Of a stretch of 33,928 nucleotides of DNA, positions 7,831-17,905 are shown piece after piece (the first letter of the stretch is position 1; every line of letters begins with the position of its first letter). The stretch covers positions 1 through 33,928 of the forward strand of contig DQTM01000274.1 in NCBI GenBank assembly GCA_015662785.1. The letters are read 5' to 3'. This DNA comes from Sulfurospirillum arcachonense. GTDB lineage: Bacteria > Campylobacterota > Campylobacteria > Campylobacterales > Sulfurospirillaceae. A program made the translations under genes and the position numbers. The notes below the pieces were generated by a model that worked only from the letters and a program-made list of their open reading frames with translations, did no database searches and had not been told where the DNA came from.

Positions 7831-8733
7831 ATGGATATATTTCTTCAACAAATTGTCAATGGTTTGACAATAGGAAGTTTGTATGCTTTGGTCGCACTTG
7901 GTTATACGATGGTCTACGGGGTAATGAAGTTGATAAACTTCGCCCACGGAGACCTCGTTGCCTTGTCAGCCTTTGCAGGACTTACTATCTATACAAGCAT
8001 TTTTGCTGATGGCGGTACTTCAATAGTAGCCGTTATAACTGTGTTTATGTTCACAGCAGCGGTTATTGCAGTTGTTGGTGTTCTTCTTGAGCGCCTTGCC
8101 TATAGGCCTTTACGAACGGCACCACGCCTTAGTGCTGTTGTTTCTGCTTTAGGAGCTGGACTTGTTATACAAAACGCTATCATGTTAATTTGGGGACCAA
8201 ATATGAAGATTTTTCCTTCACATCTGTTTCCTTCTGATATTTATCATTTTGGTGGAATAGTTATAACTTTTACTCAACTTATGATATTGATTTTTTCATC
8301 TGTATTGATGATTGCTCTTTATCTTTTTATAAACAAAACAAAGATGGGAACTGCGATTCGTGCGGTTGCTATTGATCAAGATGCAGCAAAACTAATGGGT
8401 ATCAATGTAAACAAAATAATTATGATTATTTTTATTATTGGTTCTGGTTTGGGAGCTGTTGCTGGATTATTCATAGGAATTTATTATAGAGGTATCACTT
8501 TTGATATGGGATGGATGTATGGTTTAAATGCATTTGTTGCAGCTATTATCGGTGGTATTGGTAATATCCCTGGAGCTATGTTTGGTGGACTTATACTAGG
8601 ACTGTTTAACGCACTTATTAGTGGTTATATCTCTAGTGCTTGGGCTGAAACATTTACGTTTATGTTATTGATTGTTGTTCTAATCTTTAGACCAACAGGA
8701 ATACTTGGCGAAAAAGTGGCGGAGAAAGTATAA
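7831..8733 (+). CDS. livH: HAAT ABC transporter permease
   Basis: QQIVNGLTIGSLYALVALGYTMVYG..LINFAHG; G.AIRA...D..AA.LMGIN. Confidence 0.92.
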   Translation: MDIFLQQIVNGLTIGSLYALVALGYTMVYGVMKLINFAHGDLVALSAFAGLTIYTSIFADGGTSIVAVITVFMFTAAVIAVVGVLLERLAYRPLRTAPRLSAVVSALGAGLVIQNAIMLIWGPNMKIFPSHLFPSDIYHFGGIVITFTQLMILIFSSVLMIALYLFINKTKMGTAIRAVAIDQDAAKLMGINVNKIIMIIFIIGSGLGAVAGLFIGIYYRGITFDMGWMYGLNAFVAAIIGGIGNIPGAMFGGLILGLFNALISGYISSAWAETFTFMLLIVVLIFRPTGILGEKVAEKV

Positions 8734-9680
8734 TGAATAAAACAAGTATGATATCACTAGGTTTCTTAGTGGTTATGGGTGTTTTTCCATTTTTTGCTGA
8801 TTCTGCTTGGTTGGCTGTTGGAATTACATTTTTAGTATTTTCAGTTGTTGCCTTTTCACAAGATATTATCCTTGGACGTGCTGGAGCATTCCATATGGGA
8901 CATGCAGCATTTTTTGGACTTGGAGCATATACAACGGCAATTTTGAATACTCAATATGGGTGGCCAATTTTAGCAACATGGGCACCAGCGGTAATCATTC
9001 CTGTGGCAGTAGCACTTATAACAACTGCTCCGATCATTCACTTAAGAGGTGACTACCTTTTAGTTACTACTATAGGTATAAATATCATTTTCTTACAGGT
9101 TTTAGAAAACAATCTGTTTGGCATTACTGGTGGACCAAATGGAATTTTTGGGATAGATGTTGTTACTGTGTTTGGATTTGAACTGTTTGACCAGATATAT
9201 ATGTATTATATGGCATTTATTTTGTTAGGTATTACACTGTTTATTATGAGAACATTAGATGGAAGTAAATTTGGTCGTGCAATGTTCTATATCAACAAAG
9301 ATGATGTTGCTGCACAGAGTATGGGCATAGATATTCGTTACTATAAACTCTATGCTTTTGCTATTGGAGCTGGACTTGCAGGAGCTGCTGGTAGTATGTT
9401 CGTTGTTCAGTATAGTGCTGTTAGCCCTGAAGCATTTGATGTAATGCAGTCAATCATGTTCTTTACTATCGTATTAGTTGGTGGATCTGCTTCACTTCCA
9501 GGAGTTCTTTTAGGTACATTTGTTATGTTTGTACTTCCTGAGATATTCCGTGAATTTGAAACAGCACGTTATCTAGTATTTGGTTTAGCAATGATTTTAA
9601 CTATGATTTTAAGACCTCGTGGTATCTGGCCAGTTAAGTTTGGTAATATCCCAGCGTTTCTTAAAAAGGGGAAAAAATGA
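8733..9680 (+). CDS. livM: HAAT ABC transporter permease
   Basis: GHAAFFGLGAY, LRGDYL, TGGPNG, SKFGRA and LPEIFR motifs. Confidence 0.9.
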   Translation: MNKTSMISLGFLVVMGVFPFFADSAWLAVGITFLVFSVVAFSQDIILGRAGAFHMGHAAFFGLGAYTTAILNTQYGWPILATWAPAVIIPVAVALITTAPIIHLRGDYLLVTTIGINIIFLQVLENNLFGITGGPNGIFGIDVVTVFGFELFDQIYMYYMAFILLGITLFIMRTLDGSKFGRAMFYINKDDVAAQSMGIDIRYYKLYAFAIGAGLAGAAGSMFVVQYSAVSPEAFDVMQSIMFFTIVLVGGSASLPGVLLGTFVMFVLPEIFREFETARYLVFGLAMILTMILRPRGIWPVKFGNIPAFLKKGKK

Positions 9681-10453
9681 GCCAATATCTGTTAGAGATT
9701 AAAAAAGTCTCAAAATTTTTCTCAGGACTTACAGCTATAGATGCACTTGACCTTAAAGTTAAAAAAGGTCAAATCTATGGAATTATTGGACCAAATGGTG
9801 CTGGTAAAACAACACTGTTTAACTGTATAACTGGTATTTATACTCCAGAAGAGGGAGAGATACTTTGGCATGGAGAAGACATAAAAGGAACACCACCTCA
9901 CAAGATAGCTGAGCTTGGAATCTTAAGAACATTTCAAACAATCAGACTTTTTGCAGAGATGAGTGTAGCTGAAAATATTATGTCAGGACGCCATATAAAA
10001 TCAACACAGAAGTGGTATAACGGAATCATTCCAACACCAGCTTACTATAAAGATGAAAAGTACAACTGGGAAAAAGTTGGCAAATATATGGAACTTTTTG
10101 GTTTGAGCGAGTATGCTACAACTCCTGCGGGAGATTTGTCATATGGAATTCAAAGAAAGATAGAGATGGCAAGAGCATTAGCCGCTGAGCCAGAACTTCT
10201 TATCTTGGATGAACCAGCAGCTGGACTAAATGAAAATGAGACAAAAGAGTTAGCAGATATCATTCGCAAGATTCAAGCAATGGGTGTTACCATCATGATG
10301 ATTGAGCACGATATGGATATGGTTATGAGTCTTTGTGAGTATATGACTGTTATCAACTTTGGTGCTTGGATTTGTGAAGGAGTAGCAGCTGATGTTCAAA
10401 GTAATCCAGCAGTAATAGAAGCATATATTGGTGTTGATGATGAGGATGAGTAA
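9677..10453 (+). CDS. livG: HAAT ABC transporter ATP-binding protein
   Basis: GPNGAGKTT, RTFQ, LSYG, LDEPAAG and IEHDM motifs. Confidence 0.93.
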   Translation: MSQYLLEIKKVSKFFSGLTAIDALDLKVKKGQIYGIIGPNGAGKTTLFNCITGIYTPEEGEILWHGEDIKGTPPHKIAELGILRTFQTIRLFAEMSVAENIMSGRHIKSTQKWYNGIIPTPAYYKDEKYNWEKVGKYMELFGLSEYATTPAGDLSYGIQRKIEMARALAAEPELLILDEPAAGLNENETKELADIIRKIQAMGVTIMMIEHDMDMVMSLCEYMTVINFGAWICEGVAADVQSNPAVIEAYIGVDDEDE

Positions 10454-11169
10454 TGGATGAAATATTACTAGAAATAAAAGATTTACATGTAAGCTATGGT
10501 GCTATCAAAGCTATAAAAGGCATAAGTTTATATGTAAAAAAAGGTGAGGTTGTTACAATTTTAGGTGCTAATGGTGCTGGAAAAACAACAACTTTGAGAA
10601 CAATCAGTGGACTTTTAAAATCAGCAGAGGGACATATTTACTTTGATAAAGAAGATATTACATCAGTTCCTGCACATGCTATTGTGGGACGTGGTATGAG
10701 CCACTCTCCTGAGGGAAGAAAAGTTTTTGGGACACTTAGTGTTGAAGAGAATCTTCTTATGGGAGCTTATACTCTTAAAACTCATGATGAAGAGACACTT
10801 GGCTGGATATATAAAATTCTGCCTCGTCTTGAAGAGAGAAAGAAACAACTCGCAGGAACTCTAAGTGGTGGTGAGCAACAGATGCTTGCAATCGGTAGAG
10901 CTATTATGAGTAAACCAAAACTTCTTATACTAGATGAACCAAGTCTTGGACTTGCTCCAGTGTTGGTAAAGGGAATTTTTAAAGCTATCAAAGAAATTAG
11001 TGCAACTGGTGTTACTGTTCTTATCGTAGAACAAAATGCAAAAGCTGCATTGAAACTTGCTGATAGAGGTTATGTTTTAGAGTTAGGGAAGATAACGCAT
11101 GAGGGAACAAGTCATGATTTACTAAACTCAACTGTTATACAAGAGGCTTATTTAGGTAAAAAGAAGTAG
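10453..11169 (+). CDS. livF: HAAT ABC transporter ATP-binding protein
   Basis: GANGAGKTT, PEGR, LSGGEQQ, LDEPSLGLAP and VEQNA motifs. Confidence 0.93.
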   Translation: MDEILLEIKDLHVSYGAIKAIKGISLYVKKGEVVTILGANGAGKTTTLRTISGLLKSAEGHIYFDKEDITSVPAHAIVGRGMSHSPEGRKVFGTLSVEENLLMGAYTLKTHDEETLGWIYKILPRLEERKKQLAGTLSGGEQQMLAIGRAIMSKPKLLILDEPSLGLAPVLVKGIFKAIKEISATGVTVLIVEQNAKAALKLADRGYVLELGKITHEGTSHDLLNSTVIQEAYLGKKK

Positions 11170-11183
11170 AGATTTACTAAAAG

Positions 11184-11217
11184 GCCGTTTGTCTATTGTA
11201 GACAGGCGGTTTTTTTT
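11184..11217 (+). terminator. Rho-independent terminator after livF
   Basis: Stem GCCGTTTGTCTA, loop TTG, TAGACAGGCGGT, followed by a T8 tract. Confidence 0.85.
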
Positions 11218-11218
11218 G

Positions 11219-11266
11219 TATAATTTCTATAATTTATAAAAGGTAGTACTTTTTATAGTACTTTTT
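11219..11266 (+). promoter_or_regulatory. putA promoter -10 with tandem operator candidates
   Basis: TATAAT at 11219-11224 (and 11228-11233); AAAGGTAGTACTTTT at 11239-11253; TAGTACTTTTT repeated at 11244-11254 and 11256-11266. Confidence 0.65.
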
Positions 11267-11284
11267 AATATATAAGGAAAAGAA

Positions 11285-14200
11285 ATGGCAAATAATGAAA
11301 TAGTAATGAATAGAGCTATTGATTTAGCAGAAAAGTGGCAGTTAAGAGCTGCGGATAAGATAAGCAATTTTGAGAAAAATTTTCATGCAAAAATGAAAAA
11401 GATGTTTGCTCGTCCTTTGGATAAGGTTCTTTTGATTGATCTTATGGATCAAAGTTTTAGAACTAAAAACAATGCAAGAGTAGCAGACCAAGTAGAGTAT
11501 ATTTTTGCTAAATATGGTATGGCTACATTTTTTACAACACCTGAAAAGTTCTTGATATTTTTATTTAGAAATGCTGGTATTTACCTTCCAGATATTGCTG
11601 TTCCATTGTTTATAAAAAGTGTCAGAGATGATACTGATACTGTTGTTTTAAAAGGTGAAGATAATTTACTAAATGCGCACCTTCAAAAGAGAAAAGCAGA
11701 AGGAACAAGAGTAAATCTTAATATGATTGGTGAGATAGTTCTTGGTGAAGAAGAGGCTCAAGAGCGTATAGAGAAGTATATGAATATACTTACAAATCCA
11801 AATATAGACTATATGTCTATCAAAATTTCAACTCTGTTTTCACAGATAAATCCTGTATCTTATGAGAACACAGTAGAAGAGTTTTCAACTAGACTCTCTA
11901 AGATTTTTGCTCAAGCTAAAAAGTATTCGTTTACAAATGCTAAAGGCGAGCAAGAAAACAAGTTTATAAACCTTGATATGGAAGAGTATAGAGATCTTTC
12001 ACTTACAGTTGCAACATTTAAAAAAGTACTAGGGCAACCAGAGTTTAAAGATTTTAAAGCGGGAATAGTTCTTCAAGCGTATCTTCCAGATTCTCATTTA
12101 TGGCAAGTTAAGCTTACTGATTGGGCGAAGGAAAGAGTTAAAAATGGTGGTGCTCCAATCAAAGTTCGTTTGGTTAAGGGTGCTAACATGGAAATGGAGG
12201 AGACAGAAGCTGGTTTGAAGCACTGGGAAACTTGTCCATATACTAAAAAAATAGATACTGACAGTAACTATAAAGTTATGCTTGAGTATGCACTACTACC
12301 TGAAAATGCACCTTTTGTGAACTTAGGTGCTGCTTCTCACAACCTTTTTGAGTTAGCTTATGGATTTGAATTAGCAAAAGAAAATGATGTTATGGAGCAC
12401 TTCTCAATGGAGATGCTTGAAGGTATGAGTGAGTCTGCTAGAGTTTCAATCAAAGAGCTTAGTGGTGAAGTGATCCTTTATGGTCCTGCTGCAAAAAAAG
12501 AGCAGTTTACAAATGCAATTGCGTATCTTGTAAGAAGATTTGATGAGAATACAGGAACTGAAAACTTTATCCGTTATTCATTTGGACTTGAAGCTAACAG
12601 TGATGACTGGAATATGTTAAGAGATCAGTTCATTGCATCTTTTGAGAACAAGAAACACATTTTTATAGGTGCAAAAAGAACTCAAGATAGACTAACTGAA
12701 AATTGGGATGATTATAAAGGTGGAAGCTTTTACACTAAAGAGTATCAAGGTGAACCTGATACTGACTTTATTTTACCTCAAAACAAGCAGTGGGCTAAAG
12801 ATATTCGTACAAAATGGATGAAGAAAAAAGATGAAGAAGTAGAGACTGCACCAGTTGTAATTGGGGGCGAAGATTTAACAGATAAACGTAAAGTAAAAGA
12901 AGTAATAGATAAATCACAACTAAAAGATGGTGTTATTTGTGGAAAGTATACTATTCCTACGGGCGAAGATTTGGAAAAAGCAGTAGATGTTGCAGTTGCT
13001 GATCCAGATGGCTGGAGAAGTATGGCTCACGAGGCTCGTTTTGAAATACTTTCAAAAGTAGCCAATGAGATGAGAAAAAAGAGATTAGATTTGATAGGTG
13101 TTGCTTCTGCTGAAGTTGGAAAGATTATCACAGAGACTGATGTTGAAGTTAGTGAAGCTATTGACTTTTTAGAATTTTATGGACATAGTGCAGACTACTT
13201 TAACAACTTCGAAAACTTAAAATTTAAAGGAAAAGGTGTTGGTGTTATAACTCCTCCTTGGAATTTCCCTGTGGCTATTCCAGTTGGTGGCATTGCTGCA
13301 GCTCTTGCAGCTGGTAATACAGTTATTGTTAAACCTGCCTCTGTTGCAGCTCTTTGTGCTTATGAGCTTTGTAAGTGTTTTTGGGATGCTGGAATTAGTA
13401 AAAATACACTCCAATTTTGTCCAGCTCCTGGAAGTTTAGCTGGTAAACATCTTGTAGATAACCCTAAAGTTGATTTTGTCATCTTAACAGGTGGCGAAGA
13501 TACAGCTTACTCAATGTTAAAATCAAGACCTGATTTGTATTTAACAGCAGAGACTGGTGGAAAAGATGCGACTATAGTTACCGCTTTGTCAGATCGTGAA
13601 CAAGCTATAAAAAATGTTGTTGCAAGTGCATTTCATAACAGTGGTCAAAAATGTTCAGCAACTTCTCTTTTAATTTTAGAAGATGAAGTATATAATGATG
13701 AAGGTTTTAAATCAGCTCTTAAAGATGCAGCTGCTAGTGCTGAAGTGGGCTCAGTTTGGGACTATGTAAGTAGAATTGGTACTTTAGCAAATAAGGTAGA
13801 TGGAAATCTAAAAAAAGCTATAGATACACTTGAAAATGGTGAAGAATGGTTATTAAAACCAAGCTATGCAGAAGATAATGAGTATATGCTAAAACCAGCA
13901 ATCAAATGGGGCGTTACAGAAGGAAACTTCTGTCATATGAATGAACTTTTTGGACCAGTACTTTCAGTAATGCGTGCAAAAGATTTGAAACATGCAATTG
14001 ATCTTGTAAACAAAACTGGATATGGACTTACTTCAGGAATAGAATCACTTGATGCAAGAGAGACAGATTATTGGAGAGAAAATATAAGAGCAGGTAACCT
14101 TTACATAAACCGTGGAACAACTGGAGCAATAGTTCTTCGTCAACCATTTGGAGGTATGGGAAAATCAGCTATTGGAGCTGGTAGAAAAGCTGGTGCTTAT

Positions 14201-14887
14201 AGTTATGTTACTCAATTTATGAATTTTGAAGAGGTTAGTATCCCTAAAATTGATAAAGCTCATTTTCATCCTCTAGTTGATATTGTTAAAAATTGGAATA
14301 GTGAAGCTGCCAAAGGTACACATAAAACTTTTAAAGAAGATTTTTCTAAGTTAAGTGTTGCACTTCAGAGTTACTTGAAAAACTTTAAAGATGAGTTTGA
14401 TGTAGAACACGATTACTTTAAACTTCGTGGAGAGGACAATATTTTCCGTTATATTCCTTTAGAGCGTGTTGCTATTCGTGTAACTAAGAGTGACTCACTT
14501 TTTGATATTATGAGTAGAATTCTTGCAGCAAAAGTTAGTGGAGTAGCTCTACATGTAAGTGTAGAGGCATCATTAGAAAATAGTGTAGTATCTTTTCTTT
14601 ATGAGAATAAAGACACACTTTTAAAATCAACAGATAAAGTGGCTAGAGAGAGTGAAGAAGAGTTCGCTAAGTGCTTTTCTAAAGTAAATAGACTAATTTA
14701 TTCTGATATAGCTAAAGTTAGTAAGTATGTATTTACTGAAGCAGCTAAATTAGCTAAGTTCATTGTTAGAGGAAAGCCAATGATGGAAGGAAGATTAGAG
14801 CTTCTTAACTACTTTGAAGAGCAGAGTATCTCACACTCATACCATAGATATGGAAACATAGGCGTAAGAGCTTTAGATAAAAAGTAG
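11285..14887 (+). CDS. putA: Bifunctional proline dehydrogenase / P5C (L-glutamate-gamma-semialdehyde) dehydrogenase
   Basis: PRODH motifs LDMEEY, LQAY, RLVKGA and ASHN; ALDH motifs PWNFP, ETGGK, SGQKCSA, ELFGP and QPFGG. There is no N-terminal RHH domain. Confidence 0.95.
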   Translation: MANNEIVMNRAIDLAEKWQLRAADKISNFEKNFHAKMKKMFARPLDKVLLIDLMDQSFRTKNNARVADQVEYIFAKYGMATFFTTPEKFLIFLFRNAGIYLPDIAVPLFIKSVRDDTDTVVLKGEDNLLNAHLQKRKAEGTRVNLNMIGEIVLGEEEAQERIEKYMNILTNPNIDYMSIKISTLFSQINPVSYENTVEEFSTRLSKIFAQAKKYSFTNAKGEQENKFINLDMEEYRDLSLTVATFKKVLGQPEFKDFKAGIVLQAYLPDSHLWQVKLTDWAKERVKNGGAPIKVRLVKGANMEMEETEAGLKHWETCPYTKKIDTDSNYKVMLEYALLPENAPFVNLGAASHNLFELAYGFELAKENDVMEHFSMEMLEGMSESARVSIKELSGEVILYGPAAKKEQFTNAIAYLVRRFDENTGTENFIRYSFGLEANSDDWNMLRDQFIASFENKKHIFIGAKRTQDRLTENWDDYKGGSFYTKEYQGEPDTDFILPQNKQWAKDIRTKWMKKKDEEVETAPVVIGGEDLTDKRKVKEVIDKSQLKDGVICGKYTIPTGEDLEKAVDVAVADPDGWRSMAHEARFEILSKVANEMRKKRLDLIGVASAEVGKIITETDVEVSEAIDFLEFYGHSADYFNNFENLKFKGKGVGVITPPWNFPVAIPVGGIAAALAAGNTVIVKPASVAALCAYELCKCFWDAGISKNTLQFCPAPGSLAGKHLVDNPKVDFVILTGGEDTAYSMLKSRPDLYLTAETGGKDATIVTALSDREQAIKNVVASAFHNSGQKCSATSLLILEDEVYNDEGFKSALKDAAASAEVGSVWDYVSRIGTLANKVDGNLKKAIDTLENGEEWLLKPSYAEDNEYMLKPAIKWGVTEGNFCHMNELFGPVLSVMRAKDLKHAIDLVNKTGYGLTSGIESLDARETDYWRENIRAGNLYINRGTTGAIVLRQPFGGMGKSAIGAGRKAGAYSYVTQFMNFEEVSIPKIDKAHFHPLVDIVKNWNSEAAKGTHKTFKEDFSKLSVALQSYLKNFKDEFDVEHDYFKLRGEDNIFRYIPLERVAIRVTKSDSLFDIMSRILAAKVSGVALHVSVEASLENSVVSFLYENKDTLLKSTDKVARESEEEFAKCFSKVNRLIYSDIAKVSKYVFTEAAKLAKFIVRGKPMMEGRLELLNYFEEQSISHSYHRYGNIGVRALDKK

Positions 14888-14894
14888 ACCACCA

Positions 14895-14918
14895 AAGTAA
14901 GGGGGAAACCCCTTACTT
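14895..14918. terminator. Hairpin between convergent genes (possible bidirectional terminator)
   Basis: Perfect 10-bp stem AAGTAAGGGG-GAAA-CCCCTTACTT overlapping the stop codon of the minus-strand gene; no strong U tract. Confidence 0.6.
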
Positions 14919-15191
14919 CATTTGCTCTAAAGCAGATTGATTAAGTTCAAGTGCTTTTTTATTTTTTGTTATTCCAGTTTTATTTTTTGTTATATTACTT
15001 TTATTTGTAGTGATTTTTGATCTGTTTTCTTCAATACCATCTTTATTGGTCTGTATATTTTCTCTATTTGATTCAATTTGTTCTCTGTTCAACTCTACTA
15101 GTTTTGTAAGTGTCTCAATACGTTTTTCATACTTTTGTATGAGATAGTAGATAACATAGATTAAAATAGCAACTATAGCCCATTGTAACAT
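14913..15191 (-). CDS. Small membrane-anchored coiled-coil protein with IxxNK/Rxx heptads
   Basis: AAGGAG RBS, N-terminal transmembrane helix, then about seven heptads (VELNREQ IESNREN IQTNKDG IEENRSK ITTNKSN ITKNKTG ITKNKKA). Confidence 0.8.
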   Translation of the reverse strand: MLQWAIVAILIYVIYYLIQKYEKRIETLTKLVELNREQIESNRENIQTNKDGIEENRSKITTNKSNITKNKTGITKNKKALELNQSALEQMK

Positions 15192-15217
15192 TAGTGACTC
15201 CTTGAAAGTTTTTTTAA

Positions 15218-15961
15218 TTATACCTCAATTTTAAAAATATATTCTCGTTTTAGTTTTTTTTCAATTATTTCTTCTATAGATAATCCTGAAAAGTTTATAT
15301 TCTCAAACTCCTCAATACTATTTGGTTGGTATTTAGATAATTCTCTTAAAACTTTGCCCCTATATGCTTTTGCCCAATGACTTACTACTTTCCCATTCTT
15401 GATAAATTTCATAGTAATATGTTTACATGTAAGGGTATAAAACTTTTCATAAAAACTAGCTCGTAAATCAATAACCAAATCTGTACCTATATAATTGTCT
15501 AGTGCTTCACTAAAGTTTTCTTTGTAAAAAAGCTCTGGTTTAAAACCATCTATTGTTGCACCTTGCTTAAAACGATAATAAGGTATTGTATCACTTGCTA
15601 GTAATGGACCAAAAAGGTTTGAAAAGATAATCGTATTTTTACAAAGCCACTTTTGTTGATTATTATTGAGAGTTTCAAAATCCAAATATTGGTAAGCAAC
15701 ACCAGAATAACGTTGAATTGCTTTACATGTAGAAGAGTTAAGAATATCAAGTTTAGCCAATCTTGCACACTCATCACTATTTTTAATACCAAAGAATTTT
15801 TCTAAATTATCAGAACTGTTATTTTCTAAAAAAGAATTTAATTTTTCTACTATATGAAGTCTTTTTTTAAAAAATGTTGGGAAGAGCAAATTTTCATCAG
15901 AGAGCTTATTAGAATCGGTAAAATTGGACTTTGCTTCACTTGGAGAGAATAGAATTTTCAT
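15218..15961 (-). CDS. yaaA: Peroxide stress protein YaaA (DUF328 family)
   Basis: True start is probably MKILFSPSEAK (CAT 15959-15961, after AAGGA). Motifs include AIQRYSGVAY, SNLFG, PYYR and VSHWAKAYRG. Confidence 0.85.
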   Translation of the reverse strand: MKILFSPSEAKSNFTDSNKLSDENLLFPTFFKKRLHIVEKLNSFLENNSSDNLEKFFGIKNSDECARLAKLDILNSSTCKAIQRYSGVAYQYLDFETLNNNQQKWLCKNTIIFSNLFGPLLASDTIPYYRFKQGATIDGFKPELFYKENFSEALDNYIGTDLVIDLRASFYEKFYTLTCKHITMKFIKNGKVVSHWAKAYRGKVLRELSKYQPNSIEEFENINFSGLSIEEIIEKKLKREYIFKIEV

Positions 15962-16020
15962 CTGATTTCCTTGAAAATTGAAATATTTTTGCATTATAAC
16001 TAAATAAGTTAAAAAAACCA

Positions 16021-16049
16021 TTGACATTAAAGAACTTTTGAGATATAAT
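16021..16049 (+). promoter_or_regulatory. Consensus sigma70 promoter of the tRNA-tuf operon
   Basis: TTGACA (16021-16026), 17 bp spacer, TATAAT (16044-16049). A divergent -10 for yaaA lies at 15993-15998 on the minus strand. Confidence 0.9.
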
Positions 16050-16071
16050 TTCACCTCACAAACATCCGGTT

Positions 16072-16147
16072 GCTGGATTAGCTCAGCCGGTAGAGCAACT
16101 GCCTTGTAAGCAGTAGGTCACCTGTTCGATTCGGGTATCCAGCACCA
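16072..16147 (+). tRNA. tRNA-Thr(TGT)
   Basis: GCTGGAT/ATCCAGC acceptor stem, anticodon arm ACTGC-CTTGTAA-GCAGT, TTCGA loop, encoded CCA. Confidence 0.97.
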
Positions 16148-16210
16148 TTTTTTGTTATGTGATGTCAAATGACAGTGTTTGACCAGGAATAAATCAATTT
16201 TAATGTTAAA

Positions 16211-16296
<86 letters not shown>

Positions 16297-16309
16297 TTAC
16301 ATTAATTAT

Positions 16310-16385
<76 letters not shown>

Positions 16386-16523
16386 TTGATTTTATTTGGC
16401 TGGGAGCTGTTGAATTTTTTCTGCTTATCTTTTACTACAGAATCAGTTCAGTAGACTCTTCTCAAAACCTATAAATCACCTGTTATTATTGTTGTTGCTG
16501 TAAGTGCATTTTAAATAAAAATC

Positions 16524-16598
<75 letters not shown>

Positions 16599-16648
16599 TA
16601 AAATTAAATATTGAAATAAATAAAATTAAACTTCATACGGAGGAAGAA

Positions 16649-17848
16649 ATGGCTAAGGAAAAATTCGAAAGAAATAAACCACACGTTAATATAGGTACTA
16701 TTGGTCACGTTGATCATGGTAAAACAACTCTAACAGCTGCAATATCTGCTGTACTATCAAAAAAAGGTCTTGCTGACTTTAAAGACTTTGATGGTATTGA
16801 TAATGCTCCTGAAGAGAGAGAAAGAGGAATTACGATTGCTACTTCTCATATTGAGTACGAAACTGAAAGTCGTCACTACGCTCACGTAGATTGTCCAGGT
16901 CACGCGGATTATGTTAAAAACATGATTACTGGTGCTGCTCAGATGGATGGTGCTATACTTGTTGTTTCTGCAGCTGATGGTCCTATGCCTCAAACTAGAG
17001 AGCATATCCTTCTATCTCGCCAAGTTGGTGTTCCATATATCATTGTTTTTATGAACAAATCAGATATGGTTGATGATGAAGAACTATTAGAATTAGTAGA
17101 GATGGAAATCAGAGAACTACTTTCTGAGTATGAATTCCCAGGAGATGATATTCCAATCATTGCTGGATCTGCTCTTAAAGCTCTTGAAGAAGCAAAAGCT
17201 GATCAAGATGCTGAGTGGAGTGCTAAGATAATGGAACTTATGGATGCTGTTGATACATATATTCCAGAGCCAGTAAGAGAAACTGATAAAGATTTCTTAA
17301 TGCCTGTTGAAGATGTTTTCTCAATTTCAGGTCGTGGTACAGTTGTAACAGGAAGAATTGATAGAGGAACTATTAAAGTTGGTGAGACTATTGAAATTGT
17401 AGGTATCAAAGATACTCAAACAACTACAGTTACTGGTGTTGAAATGTTTCGTAAAGAGATGGATCAAGGTGTAGCTGGCGATAACTGTGGTATCCTTTTA
17501 CGTGGTACTAAGAAAGAAGCAGTTGAGAGAGGTATGGTTCTTTGTAAGCCAGGCTCAATCACTCCTCATACAGTATTTGTTGCAGAAATTTATGTTCTTA
17601 GTAAAGATGAGGGTGGTAGACATACTCCTTTCTTTAACAACTATAGACCACAATTTTACTTTAGTACAACTGACGTAACAGGTTCAATCGCACTTCCTGA
17701 GGGAACTGAGATGGTTATGCCTGGCGATAACGTTAAGATTAACGTAGAGCTTATCGCTCCTATCGCTATGGAAGAAGGTACTAGATTTGCAATCCGTGAG
17801 GGTGGTAGAACTGTTGGTGCTGGTGTTGTTGCTACAATAACAAAATAA
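16649..17848 (+). CDS. tuf: Elongation factor Tu
   Basis: [34 protein letters not shown]; GGAGG RBS before ATG 16649. The longer ORF start overlaps the tRNA and is rejected. Confidence 0.99.
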   Translation: MAKEKFERNKPHVNIGTIGHVDHGKTTLTAAISAVLSKKGLADFKDFDGIDNAPEERERGITIATSHIEYETESRHYAHVDCPGHADYVKNMITGAAQMDGAILVVSAADGPMPQTREHILLSRQVGVPYIIVFMNKSDMVDDEELLELVEMEIRELLSEYEFPGDDIPIIAGSALKALEEAKADQDAEWSAKIMELMDAVDTYIPEPVRETDKDFLMPVEDVFSISGRGTVVTGRIDRGTIKVGETIEIVGIKDTQTTTVTGVEMFRKEMDQGVAGDNCGILLRGTKKEAVERGMVLCKPGSITPHTVFVAEIYVLSKDEGGRHTPFFNNYRPQFYFSTTDVTGSIALPEGTEMVMPGDNVKINVELIAPIAMEEGTRFAIREGGRTVGAGVVATITK

Positions 17849-17905
17849 TTAAAAGAAAAAGTAAAGAGGGAAGAGTAATCTTCCCAATTTTTAAAGGCAA
17901 TTTAG

